DNA from: Psilocybe cubensis
Lineage: Eukaryota
NCBI GenBank assembly: GCA_017499595.2
Contig: CM039000.1
Span: 2,294,001 to 2,358,000, forward strand
Length of the DNA stretch: 64,000 nucleotides
Direction of reading: 5' to 3'
The notes beneath the pieces were generated by a model, which did no database searches, was not told the DNA's origin, and worked only from the letters and a program-made list of their open reading frames with translations. This document shows, one piece after another, positions 39,792 to 52,479 of the stretch. The position numbers and the translations under genes are program-made. The stretch's first letter is position 1, and each line of letters opens with the position of its first letter.

Positions 39792-41672
39792 TCACCAGAG
39801 CTCGTATGCCAAAAGCAGAAACACTGGGCCGAGCAAATAACGAGCCTTTCCAACTACAGAATGCATAATGTGCCGAGTTGACCGTGCACCGGAAGTGTCC
39901 TTTCCCGCCAGAACCTGTTTTCGGTAGACCTTGAGCGAGTTAATGCTCCAAGTTGCATTCTGAATTTCGTCATTGTAGGAGAGAATGTACAAAGTCGATC
40001 GATCAGAGTACGCACCTCAAAGTTGGTAGGGTCCGTCATTCGTTCAGGGCAAGTTCCAGGGCAGCCACTTGTAGCATATGAATTACCGGCCCAGTCACCT
40101 ATATGCGCGTATTAAAAAATGATGTTTTTACCAAGAAGTGGCAACAAACCGCAAAATGTAATATCTAGAATAACATTGGTTAATTTGTTGTGTATTGCGG
40201 TAAAATAGAAGCCATAGTACTCGCCAAAAACAATGGAGTGGTTTGTAAAATATTTTGGGATATCGCACTTGGTGTTCATCAACATTGCAGACGGCGGTCC
40301 CCATAGAGAAGGATTCGGCGTTCCCGCAGTAACATCTGTAGGGATTGCAGCACGAAAGAATGACCCTTATGTTATCATGTCAGGGCTATGTTAGATGATA
40401 AATAGGATGATTGCACTCACACACCGAGATATCGTTCTCGTCCCATTTCATAGCTAAGATCCCTCCTCCCTGAGACTCGAAAAATGTACCGTAAGAAGCG
40501 CGACTCCATTCTACAACGTCGCAGCCACTGTTGGAATTGACGTTTGCGTCGCAATTGGTACTATTGTTCTGCAAACGCCATATTAACAAAACATAGCTAA
40601 CTATAAAATCAAGCTTATCACCGGAACTTGACCTGTAAAGGTAGCGTTGGTGTCCAGATGACATCCTAGTCATTATAGTATTAGCAAAAACATTGTCCAA
40701 GTGTATTCCCTATTACCTGGGTCGGTATGCCATGCAATTTGATTATGTTCGTTATCGTGTACTCCTTCCAAAATATCGATTTCACCATTCTACGCAAAAA
40801 AGGGTTGGTTTGAGAAGCCATGGAGTGTCACGGTATTGTTGGCGCCTTACATGTGGCCAATTGCCTCCAACAGTCCAGAAAGCGGGCCAAATAGCTTATA
40901 AGGCATGAGATACTGGCCAATATATCACGCGAGATTTAACCACCTACCGCAACCCCAGGGCGCTCTGTTAAGATCTAAAATGAACAGCCCAGTGTTGTAT
41001 GTCTTTTGACTAGTAATTCTGATACTAACGATATCCACATCAAGTCAGCAATGAGTGTCTCTTTGAGTAACTCTCAAACCTACCTGGCGCGAGTAACCCC
41101 CAATGGCAATACCGATGTGTCGTCTGCTTTCATGAATGCGGTCCCGTTATCTGCCACCCAGAATAAACCCATCTCCTGAGCGGTAGATTTATTGACATAG
41201 CTATAAACAATTTGTTTCCGTCAGAACCAAAGAGGTGGTAGTATATCATTTTTGAACTGACTCGACTTGGCCACTGAACGAAAATAAATGGATTAGCAAA
41301 GACCAATTTCTAATACGGTGAATCTCACTGTGTTGGATCATCTGTATTGAAGAAGTCCCACTCGCTGGGTAGTTAGAATCCTGTCAGTTTCACAAAACAC
41401 CGCACACTTGAATGACCGCCTCACTCAAAGAATGTGCTTCCTGCATAAGTGTCCTGTGGCAGCCAGAGAAATGGAGTACCATCCGGATTGTGGTTTATGC
41501 CTGTGCTGTCGTCTCTTTTCTGAGGGACAAGAGGGCGGCGCCATGATGACGGCCAGCGGTCATAAGACGATTGGCCAAAGTTTGCTTCTAACTTAGCACG
41601 AATTCCAAGATCAGGCAGGGCAGATATGGGAACAGAGATGGCGAGAAGAAAAGGTGAATAGATTTTAAGCAT
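39792..41672 (-). CDS. GH16 endo-1,3(4)-beta-glucanase, probably GPI-anchored
   Basis: Signal peptide; 'WPAFWTVGGNWP|..GEIDILEGVHDN' catalytic motif; 'GGGILAMKWD', 'DITFCGDWAG', 'ATWSINSLKVY'; hydrophobic C-terminus; many micro-exons. Confidence 0.9.
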
Positions 41673-42554
41673 CGTAAGTTATGTCGTGAGTCCTTATTCG
41701 TCTGAAATGAAAAAATCTAGGGGCTAGTCGTGGCTGGTGAAGTTGTGGCGTATGCTAGAGCCTGGCAGTTGGACGCAGAACAGAAAGTGGAGGTAAATAT
41801 GTGGAAGACTTAGCAAGACAGAGCGGTGTACATGTATCTATAGCAAGGGAATAGCTTTTCTTCGGACCCAGGAATGTTGGTTGGGGACCAACCTCCACAA
41901 TGCCTCAATGCAAGTGCTGTGCCTCGGCCCGAAGGTGTTTATATTTAGATAATCTACGTACGCTCCGTGTTCGACTCCGTTCCGTCTTTCTTCTCATCCA
42001 ACCGTGATACGTCAAAGCCTACAGCAGACACGAGGCGCAACGTTCACTGACCTACGAATGTTGAAAATTATGTTTGCGCCTCATGGACAAGACAGGACGG
42101 TGAAAATGGCGGTACACTTATAAATCGCATCATCTCTGAATGAGTGATCCGTATTGCTACTACATCGTGTCTGGCATGAGGCTCTTGGTGAATATCATTG
42201 CTCCTTTCCCTCTTCTGTCACTTTGTCGTATGTTCTACTGCTTTTAGCTCGTGTCTGAACGCTTTACTGTTAAAGTACGCTAGCTATATTTTGCAAGGAA
42301 ACCTATCATGCGCAGCACGGACTCCGCGCAAACGAAATTCTAGTAGCCGCTTTCAACTACCTGTGAGTCTTTGACATGTAGAGCACACTGACTGGTGCTA
42401 CGTGCAATGCGCGGGTCTATTTCGCTAGGTCGTTTCCGGTCTGATCGATTCATCAGGTTGACATCGCCGCAGGCCATTCTTATCTACTATATCTGAACGA
42501 TCATATCTCTCTTTGCCCCGTAACTCCTGCTGTATAGCAGCGAAAGGATTGGTC

Positions 42555-44207
42555 ATGTCTAACGACGATCCCATTTCCTACATCTTCCCAGTTGCAAAAG
42601 ACCTCGGCCTTTTTGACTACACGATTTCTATCGCCAACGATGCGTTGAATAGAGCACTGGATGAGTTGGACAAGCAAAATCGAGCAGAGCGTTCTCTAAA
42701 TTTTTGTATGGCTTTATTGGATCCTTCAATCCATGCTGAGAAGCAGCAGTTGGAAACCTTCCAGATCTACCGTGCGGCCTTGGACGGTAGGTAAATCGAT
42801 GTTTAGTCCTTCCCCGTTCTGACATCATTATTGTCAGACCCCAAAATGGTCAATCGTTTATTGGATAGTGACCATATCAAAGACCGCGTATCTGCCTCCC
42901 TTCCTGTGCAAAAACCTCGCCATGATTTTTCTGCTACAGCCATGCATCAAGTTATTTCTCTCCCTGACACTCTGGACACCATTTTTTCTTTTCTTGCTGT
43001 GCGCAAACGAACAGATAGGTCCGACCTCTGCAATGCTGCCCTTGTATCGCATGCCTTTTATAATGCAGCGACTCCTCTTCTTTGGCAGAGCCCTCGACGT
43101 CTCGATACGATTAGAAAACAGCTTCTCTTTGCTTTTGGAGCATCTATATCTGGAAAGGGCGTCGGACGACACGTCCAACGATTGAGTATCAACATTTTCA
43201 AAGGATGCTGGAATATCAAACTTTTAATCAAAATTGCGGGGCTCACACCAAATGTGACCGATCTAGCAATATACTGGGGAAATTCCATGGACGGCGAAGA
43301 AATAGTAACGACTGAATCCGTGGTCTCAGTCAATCAGATTTTGTTGACGTTCTCCAAACTTGAGCGTCTTGACCTTGCCAAATATTCATACACTCCGCCC
43401 CGAGAAAGGATCCTAATTCCTGTCGATGCACATAAACCATTTACCCAGTTGAAAGGACTCAGCTTATATCGTTTTCATTGGCTATGGGAACCCATACTAC
43501 AAGGCATCGGTTCCAAACTCGAAGACCTGGATATCGGTTTTGGAACACATTTGGAAAGCCACAAATTAGTCAAAATTTCCGCCAAAGTCCCTTTCCTGAA
43601 ATCGTTACACATATCAGTACTCGACGTGGATGACCTTGGTTTCGCTTTTACCAACATCCCGCAATTGGAACACTTTTACGTTAACAATTTCTCCTATGTG
43701 GATAACACATCTTCTGAGAAATTGATCCAACACTTACTTACTATGCGTTGCCTGCGAACCATACACATAGTAAATTGTATGGTTAAAGGAGAACAGCTGG
43801 AGCTACTGGCGAACTCCTCCCTCGCCTTAGAAAATTTGACTTTGGAGTTGATCGGGGACGACTCTGTGCCACAGGCCATTCTGAAGTTTCTCAGGGACAA
43901 ACGGAAGACGCTCAAAAGGATTTCTTTAGGCTTTTGTGACGGCTACAAATTAAAGGCTTCCAATGATATAGCTTATGCTCTTGCCGAAATCCCTAACCTG
44001 GAATATGTTGACATTGACATGGATCTTAGCGGCGACCGACCGAGTGCTGCGTCGATTGATGCTCTTCTTAACAACTGCCCCAACCTTCTCTTAACGGATC
44101 AATTAAGAAACTTGGCTGATGGAAATTCCCTTTTCAATGAAAAGTACTTGCCGAAACTGAAAAGCATAGAGGACGAGATGTATGAAGAATTATCGTTATA
44201 TGATTGA
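42555..44207 (+). CDS. F-box-like / RNI-type leucine-rich repeat protein
   Basis: 'VISLPDTLDTIFSFL...DLCNAALVSHAFYNAATPLLW' F-box-like motif followed by LxxLxL repeats; one intron at about 42791-42837. Confidence 0.8.
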
Positions 44208-44525
44208 CTACATGTGTTATATAGTTTTTGATGCAATACGTTGTGTATGCTGTGGACTGTATGGTCATGAAAAACATCGGAAAACTCGCTCTTGATTGGT
44301 TTGAGGATGATTAACTAACTTGAAGGAGATTCAGAGGAGATCAGTGGAATGTGTATGTTTGGCCTTACACTTTAGATGATCGGGGCAGTCAAGGGGCAAT
44401 GGCAAACAACGCGTCAATAATGAATGATCGTGACATTCCCACGAGCCTTTCTTCTTAGCGACTTCAGCTTCAAACTCAAATTCCATCATACCTCAAGTCA
44501 TCCGTGCCCTTGGAATTTCGTTCCA

Positions 44526-46362
44526 ATGTCTGACTGGACTACAGACGCAAATGAAGCATTGACACTCTCTTTAGGTACACTCCACACTCTCAATCTGGTG
44601 CCTTCCAATACTAACACTCGGATGCCAGTGCGGTCTGCAACCGACAAAGAAGTACTTGCCGAAGACGAAACATATGAAGAATTTCACCCAACATTCACAT
44701 ATCCTGCATGTTTCACGCTGTCTTTACACCATTCTAGCTAACGAGTCATTTAACAGATTTATGGCGAAGATGAAAAGATATACGGTTATAAAGACATCGT
44801 CATTGATGTAGGATACCCTTTTGTTGAGGTATAACGCGCCATTGCAACTTACGCATCACATCTTAATGCAGCTTCGGTTTACCTCGGGGTCATTGAAACA
44901 ATATCTTAATATCACGTATGCTAAGAAGTTACCATCAACATCGACGGTAGATGATGTCGAGGCTACGTTGAGTGGTTTCATTCCACCAGGTGAGGGTAAA
45001 GTCTCCGTAAAAGCCTGCATAGTTTATTTATTGCATTGTTTTCAAGGTTATTTCACGGATAAAGACGCATTCCTAAAGGCTGTGGACAATGATGCAAACG
45101 CTTTCCGACCTCCAGGCCAACTTGTTTACTCATACACAAGGCCCTCTCCCAGCTCTTCTTCTAAGGGAAAGCGGAAAAGAAGTGGCAACAATCAGGCGTT
45201 GGACCCTCAAAGCGAGGACGTCATTGAATATGAAGTATACCATGTAAGTCACACTTCTTTCGACTTGATAAGGATGCTTGATTTTCTTGCTTTAGTCCAC
45301 ATGGGATACCCCAGGTTTTCGAGAGTACCACCGCAGAATGCAACTTTTCATTCTTCTTTACATTGAGGGGGGGTCTTATATCAACGAGGATGAAGATACA
45401 TGGGAGTTTGTTCTATTGTAAGCCAATAAGTCATCAAAATCTCACTTTTGCCAACGGTATATGGTTTAGATTTGAAAAGCGTAAAAGAAGAGATACTTCA
45501 CATACATCGGCATATCATTTTGTTGGCTATTCCTCACTATACCCATTCTACTATTTTCCTGAAAAGGTTCGACTGAGGCTGAGGTCAGTAGGAGTGACCA
45601 AACCCTCAGTCGTGTTGTTCTAATATTACACAGCCAATTTGTTATTCTACCTCCCTATCAGCGTCATGGTCATGGGTGTAAGCCATATCGATTTCTTTTA
45701 CCTGCTCTCTTTTATCAAAGAAATTTTTCATCTAGCCGAACTTTACAAGGCCATATATCAGTACATCCTGAAGAACCCAGTCATCGCTGAATTGACGGTA
45801 GAAGATCCAGCTGAAGCATTCGAAGACTTAAGGGACAAAAATGATCTTGAGATGCTACTGTCGAACGAGCGATTCATTGAAGAAGCATTCGGTGCACAGG
45901 ATTCTGTCGGAGGTACTCGACGTGCTCGAAAAAGCTTACATGGAGGTGAACATGGACTTGAAAAGGGAAAGTTAATACCACCAGCCGATAAAGTTTGGTC
46001 TGAGAAATGGCGGAAAGATCTGAAGATTGCTGGGGTAAGGTTGTATTTTTCACGTTGTGCGCTATGACTTACCCTCTTTTGTAGCGACAATTTCAAAGGG
46101 TTACTGAAATGCTCGCACTCCTACATCTGGATCCACAGGATCAGAATATTATGCGCGCTTACCGTCTTCAAGTCAAGGAGCGACTATACCGATTCAATTT
46201 TGTAAGCTCATTCATCCATTCACTTATTTTTTTAGCTTATAAAATTTGCATGTATAGGAAATTCTAGCCCAGCTTGAAAAAGAGGAAAGGCACGAAAAAT
46301 TAGAAGAAACGTTTCAAAGCGTTCGTGATGATTACCACAGAATTCTGGCGCTGGTCACCTGA
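44526..46362 (+). CDS. HAT1: Histone acetyltransferase type B catalytic subunit
   Basis: MSDWTTDANEAL...FHPTFTYP|IYGEDEKIYGYKD...YHRRMQLFILLYIEGGSYI...RLRL|SQFVILPPYQRHGHG|...ELTVEDPAEAFEDLRD. Confidence 0.97.
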
Positions 46363-46501
46363 GACGGCTCATCTCCTGTGTGTATTTCTCACTGATCGAA
46401 ATATATGTTCTTTATTTCATTGCATTCATGCAGCACATATATTGCTCATGTCTATTTACCCTTGAAAACATAAAACCCAAAATAAAATAAAAAAGAAGGA
46501 T

Positions 46502-47279
46502 TCAGAGTTCCCCGATCTCAACGTCGCCCAATTCAACCATGCCGTCGTCTTCAGCTTCATTGATTGATTTAACCTGTGAACTATGGACCCCGTACTCGTT
46601 TTCCATCTCTTCTGTGCCCTCATGTTCACGGCGCTTCCTTTCCATGATGATGAAAGTCAGAATGATGAGATCGATATCCAAAGTGCACGGCTGGATGCGA
46701 AGCACCTGCTTTTTTTCGCCAGCGAAAATGCCCTCCGTCCCTAGTACCCTCATGGAGGATGCTATTTCTGTATTTGAATCAGAGCGAGTAAGCTAGAGGG
46801 GTAAATAATTTGGATTGCCAGTGAAAACTAAGGTGAAAACTCACAACACATCCACCACCCTTAACCGGTTTCCATCGATATTCGAATGCATCGTCTCCTA
46901 CAAAATAGCGTACGCTGCACCAACCGGATTATGGCCATTTCATAATTGTAGTGAATGAGAGAGCTTGTGAATAAACTCACGAGCCGAATTTATGTCGCTT
47001 GTAAAGGTAGTGCAATGACCTTATTCCAGTACCTTGTAGACCAACGTATTGAGCTGCACCGCTGAGTAATGGACACCTTAGGATTGTAGGTGTGTCACGA
47101 TTTCTCCATTCAATCTCAGCAACGATGCATTCTTCGGGTGAAGCCCCTGGTCGCTGAATTAATGTGACGCAGGGCCTATCTTCAAAAGGTTCATCCGTAT
47201 CGATTTGATAGTGAGGTACCCCATTCGCAGAGACCAACAAGGTGTGTTCCGGATCGTCAGGAATGAAGTAAAGATCCAT
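46502..47279 (-). CDS. DUF6593-like protein
   Basis: 'MDLYFIPDDPEHTLL...GVPHYQIDT...VAEIEW' and the C-terminal 'LRIQP...DLIILTFIIMERKRRE' are typical of this Agaricomycete family. Confidence 0.7.
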
Positions 47280-47760
47280 GGCTACCAGGCCAAGGGCACT
47301 GTAACACACAGCGCTTCAGAAATAAATATAAAAAAAAAGCAGAGCAAGGGAGTAAGACATCGTTTTACAGAGAGAAAGGACTAAGTATCGTTGGTATACC
47401 GCCTCGGACCATGTAAGATCAAGGCCGGTTTCGAACATCCGTGCGTTGGGCTGGCCTTGATAATTTGAACCGGATCCTGGCCTTGCCGTCCAGACCAGAC
47501 ATACATGCATCACGCACACCGAGACTGACCATCAGGGTACAAGGTATTCAGCTGTATTCAGGTCATCTGAATCTGGTATGGTGCATGAACGCGGAAGATG
47601 AGAGCACTGTGGCTTACTAAACGAAGGGTTGGCGGATAACCTTATCGCATATCATAAACCAAGGAATAAACAATGAGCGATCAATCCAAAGGAAGTGACT
47701 GCCCCATGTCAGTAAATGAGGTGAAACGACCTGTACAGTAGTATACATGATACAACAACA

Positions 47761-49279
47761 TCAAGCTACATTACCCTTGTCTGGAGGGAAGAAGAGAAAG
47801 CGAACAGTTCCATCATTCTGACCAATCTTCTCATTGGTGTATAGAGCACTTGGATCAGAACTCAGCGGCCTCTGGTCTCGTCGATGACCGCGTAAAGCAT
47901 CTTCATGTTCGCGAAGGGCAATCTTCATGCGGATCAATTGGTCAGACTTGTACGGCGATTGTGGTTGAAGTGTTTGCAAGTTGTGTCGATCCCGTCCTGG
48001 AAGATTGGGCGAAGGAGAGGAAGGAGTACTGGGCGAGGTATTGGCAGAGGGATTTTGAGAAAACTGTATGAAGAGGTCCAGCATGGTATGTGCAAAATCT
48101 AAAATAACAGAAGAAATGAGATAAAAGGTCAATCAGGAGGTAAGCCATGAATTTACCATCAACGTCGCCCAGTTCTACACGATACACATCCATCCATGTC
48201 GACGGCGTACTAAATTGCTGCACAAGTACGGCTGGAGACAACTTTCCCTGTTCATCGTACTCCGGTACTTGAGGCTGTTCAAAAGATAATAGTAGAGCTG
48301 CAACGTATAGGCTTCCTATTGCCAGAGTGTGTGGCGGGTATGAAAGAGGCAAGAGTGTTCTGTAACTGAGATTTAAATTAAAACATATCAACGTAAGAAT
48401 CGAATGCAGTTGCTAAAAAGTTGTGCACCTGTCGATGGCTATTCGCCATGCAAGTTTTATTAACTTTTTATCCGCTGAAAAATAAGTAAGAACCTTATTT
48501 TGAGATTGTGTCAATGTTACTTACCCCGACGTTCCTTTCCAATTTTAATTACATATGGAAAAGCCATACGTGCGGTGAAGTTGAAGCAAATAGTTTCCAA
48601 GATCAAGCGCTCTATTGCCAATAATTTCTGTCGATCACCCTCTACTAACTCCAAAGTGAATCAATTACAGTTATTCCTGGATTGTTATGAATAAAGATAA
48701 GCGTACTGCAGGGTCCATTGTGTCAAGGTCTATCTCTCCATTAGGATTTTTAGATTTTGCAGCACGGTCGGGATATCGAATTGAGTATGAAGCGGCAAGT
48801 AATTCGCGAGGTTTCTTGAGAGTATCATTTTCCTTTGTTGATACGTAGAGGGCAGCCAAGGCTACGTCCTAGCATCTTCTGACATTAGCGATACACATTC
48901 GGTGAGATCAAATCGACATACATGGTACTGGAAATCTTTTCTTGGGAAGAAAAGATTGAATCGATGGTATAAAACTTCTGCCGTGGCTATGGTGCGCCTA
49001 GGGCTATGCAGCAAGGAGAATATTGTGAATGACTAGGCTGATATGATAATGGTAATTAGTAACTCACAATCCAATCCGAGCTCCAATGGTTTCGAGAAAG
49101 GTACAAGCGTTTTGTCTGACCTTTTCTTCCTGTGTAGCTGTCTGCTTTCCGCGCTGCTTCTCGGACAGATGGTGGATTTCGGCTGGGGAGAAATAAGGAT
49201 GGTAGTACTTAGACGATGATGTCGGCATATGAGAAGGTGTGTTTGCCCTGGAGCTTTGTCGGTCTATGCTACTTCGCAT
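47761..49279 (-). CDS. Transcriptional cyclin (Ctk2/cyclin K-like)
   Basis: 'QNACTFLETIGARIG|..PRRTIATAEVLYHRFNLF...VALAALYVSTKENDTLKKPRELL...LLAIERLILETICFNF...AWRIAID|..RTLLPLSYPPHTLA' cyclin box. Confidence 0.85.
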
Positions 49280-49508
49280 TTTGATGCAAACGTCCCTTTA
49301 TGGTGTTAGACACCTTTCGAGTGAAAGCCAAGTGTGTAAGACGCTATAGGACGTTAAAGGAGCGCGAATATTTGAGGCAGCTTAATGGAATCAACTCGAG
49401 ACTACCTCCGACGGAAGCCTTTGTCCAACAAAGCCAAATAAAACCTTCCACTTCTCAGCCTCAGGTGTGCAAGTCGTCCAAACGCATTTCACCCAAAATA
49501 TTCATTCA

Positions 49509-50647
49509 ATGGCAGAGCTTGCTCCTGCTCCAACTTCGTCTGCTCCCATGGAGGGTATTATCTCGGCAGATAGGCCAGAGACAGTCTCTCAATCAACTCC
49601 CGCTGTCGAAGAATATTCATGCGAAACCCTCTATATACAGAACTTGAACGAGAAGATCAAACCTGAAGGTATTATTTTATCATTGAAACTTAGATCGCTT
49701 GTTAACCGTATATTTGTCTTAGTTATGAAAGCTTCTCTACGTGGCTTATTCAAGGTCTATGGAGAGGTTTTGGATGTTGTAGCACACAAGAATCTAAGAA
49801 TGCGTGGTCAAGCATTCGTATCCTTCGCGTCTCCCGAGATCGCTAAGAACGCGATGAAAGACGTACAACGTTTCCCCTTGTATTCAAAACCGATGGTGAA
49901 TAACAATATTGTTACGATCATACTGCACCATGAACTAACTCGTAGCTCGAAGCAAATATCGTTCGCCCGAACACGGTCCGACGCGGTGGTCAAGAAGTTG
50001 GATACAGAGCATTTCGACGAGCATAAAGCGCGGAGGGAGGAACATAAAAGTATGTTCTTGACATTGTTTTTCAAGCACTCTTAACTAACGAGGATACCGA
50101 AGAGAAGACACGGTATACGAATCCCCTTAAGTCCAAGTTTAGAGCCAAACGACTAGCTGCAGAAGGTTTGGAGTTTATCATATTCATTGTCCGCTCTCTA
50201 AACACCATGTTTAGTGGACGGAGGTGCTGCAGCTCCTGCTCCCAAACGGCCGAACGTCCAAATGCCAGACGAATACTTACCACCAAACAAAATTCTTTTC
50301 CTTCAAAATCTACCAGAATCGGTCACCAAAGACCAGCTAATGGCCCTTTTTTCTCAGTCAGTATCCATTATTGGGTCGTCGCTTAAATTCGAAGCCAAAT
50401 CTTACAAAATATATTTAGATATCCAAATCTCCACGAAGTTCGTCTTATTCCAACAAAAAGAGACATCGCTTTCGTGGAATTTTTGGACGAGGGAAGTGCA
50501 GGAGTAGCCAAAGATGCCCTGCACAATTACAAGTTGGATGGAGAGAACAAGATCAAGGTTCATCTATCTATTACCTTTACTGACAATTACCCAATATCTC
50601 ATGACATAAACATTTTTTCTTCACAGATTACCTTTGCGAGGAAGTAG
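49509..50647 (+). CDS. U1A/U2B''-family snRNP protein (two RRMs)
   Basis: 'TLYIQNLNEKIK...DVVAHKNLRMRGQAFV...KPM|QISFAR', second RRM 'LPPNKILFLQNLP...EVRLIPTKRDIAFVEF...IK|ITFARK*'. Confidence 0.93.
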
Positions 50648-51227
50648 TTGGGACTTGTACATTATTTTTTCTTTTCTATTCTGTTGTGTAACATCATTCA
50701 TGCGGCTCGAAATCTACTCCCGACTTTTGATTGAGGTAGTATGGATTTACTATCTGAAGCTTACCGACACGCAGGCTACTCGGTTTCTTGTCCCCTTTCG
50801 GTTTCGACAGATGTGTACCGGAAATTTACCTGTGGTGGATTGGGAGCTACTGCCCAAAGTAGATCAACTCAAGAGTAACGACATCGGTAATTTGTACATC
50901 GATTGAGCTTGTCTTTTGTAGTCACAGCTATTGAAACCTTGTTTGACCTCCGAGGCGGAATACTATGTTCTTTTTGCAGCGAGTTGCCGCCCCTCCTTGT
51001 GGCTGTAGCAATAAACATCACGGTGTCGTGATATCCTGAAACGGTTGATGTAATTAAGACTAGCCCCGCCATCAAATTGCGCCGGTAGCATAAATACCCG
51101 GAATTTGGGTGTAAGATACCCCACTTCTGTTGCTGGCCAACGGAAACAATCCTCGCCTATTTCCCCAGGTTGTACCGCACCCTCGACACCTTTTCACAGC
51201 AACGCACAAATTCGGCTCTTCAATTCC

Positions 51228-52309
51228 ATGAGTGCACTCAAGTTGTCCAAAACCTCTGCAGGGCAGGCGCGCGGCGCATTTGGGCAGGTCAAAAGGCGAT
51301 GTGAGTGCAGAAGAATCGCCGTTCACACTAAATGTTGCTCTGCACCGCAGTCGCTCATGGAGTCTTTAGGGATCCATGGCTCTCTGAAAAGACAAGGCAT
51401 ATTGATGCCTGCTATGTCCCCTTTGATGACGGAGGGTACAATTACGCGCTGGAAGAAGAGGGAAGGCGAGGCTTTTGAGGCTGGAGATGTCTTGCTGCAA
51501 ATTGTGCGTACCTATCGTTTCCTACGCCATTTTTCGACAGTCATTAATTTTGGCGGATTGGTGCCTTTAGGAATCAGATCTCTATATGGTTGACGTTGAA
51601 GCTCAGTGTCCAGGTATCTTGGGTAAAATTTTGGTTAGTTTATCTGAATCCAGCCCCCTGACCGCCATTCTGACTCGATTCAATTCCCATCAAATTAGAT
51701 ACCCGATGGAACGTCTAACGTGCCGGTAGAGCAACTCATTGCACTGGTCGCCCGAGACACGAACGAGCTCGCTGTATTGCAAAATCAGTCAAATTTGCCT
51801 CTCCCTCCTGCCTTGAACTCGTTGCCTGTACCGCCCAGTACATCAGCTTCCTCTCCTCGTCAATCATTCAAACCCTTGTCATCTCCACGCACACCTACTA
51901 TGTCTTCTCGTACTCCATCTTTGTTTGAGATGCACACTATGGGATATGGTCAACGAAATGCACACATAGGCGGCCCCCGCGGAACTATACCCAAACCTCT
52001 GGAATCACTTGGTCTCGACACAACCTCTGAAATTCGGGTTGCCATGTCGCCTTGTCTAACACCACAATGGCTAGCTTCACAGACGCAAACTGAGGTGTCT
52101 TCGCCGTTTACCCCTTCCACCACGAAATGGCCAGCATCTGGCGGAGATGTAGATCAATTTCAAGTAAGTTGTACAAGCACTTGATAATTCAATCATCAAT
52201 CACTGAGCCATATGAAAACAATTAGACTGAGGGGGCCGCTCTCCGGAGGATGATTGTTTCGAATCTTTCACAATCCTCTAGAGGTGTTGAGATTGAGGAT
52301 TGGCTATGA
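51228..52309 (+). CDS. Mitochondrial lipoyl-domain protein, a PDX1 paralog lacking the lipoylation lysine
   Basis: Presequence MSALKLSKTSAGQARGAFGQVKRR|WIHGS; 'MPAMSPLMTEGTITRWKKREGEAFEAGDVLLQI|ESDLYMVDVEAQCPGILGKIL|IPDG...'; last exon TEGAALRRMIVSNL...EDWL*; four GT-AG introns, reading frame intact. Confidence 0.85.
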
Positions 52310-52479
52310 TTTTTGCAACCTGATAGTTTCATGTGTGTACTATATCATGTATTATAGTAGCTTTTCATGGCCCGGAAAGAATAAAATATGAGCCCGCGAC
52401 ACTTTTAGCGTTGAGAGGCGAACCGTGTCACAAAAAGGGCGGTATACATGAATTTGTCTGCAAAGGTTAACCATGATTA

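Noticed and set aside
41960-41985. B-box/T-loop-like GTTCGACTCC
   Set aside because: No T-stem pairing, acceptor stem or cloverleaf, so not a tRNA.
44205-44231. TGA-CTA high-readthrough context at the F-box gene stop
   Set aside because: The extension (LHVLYSF*) has no PTS1-like tripeptide or other signal; probably chance.
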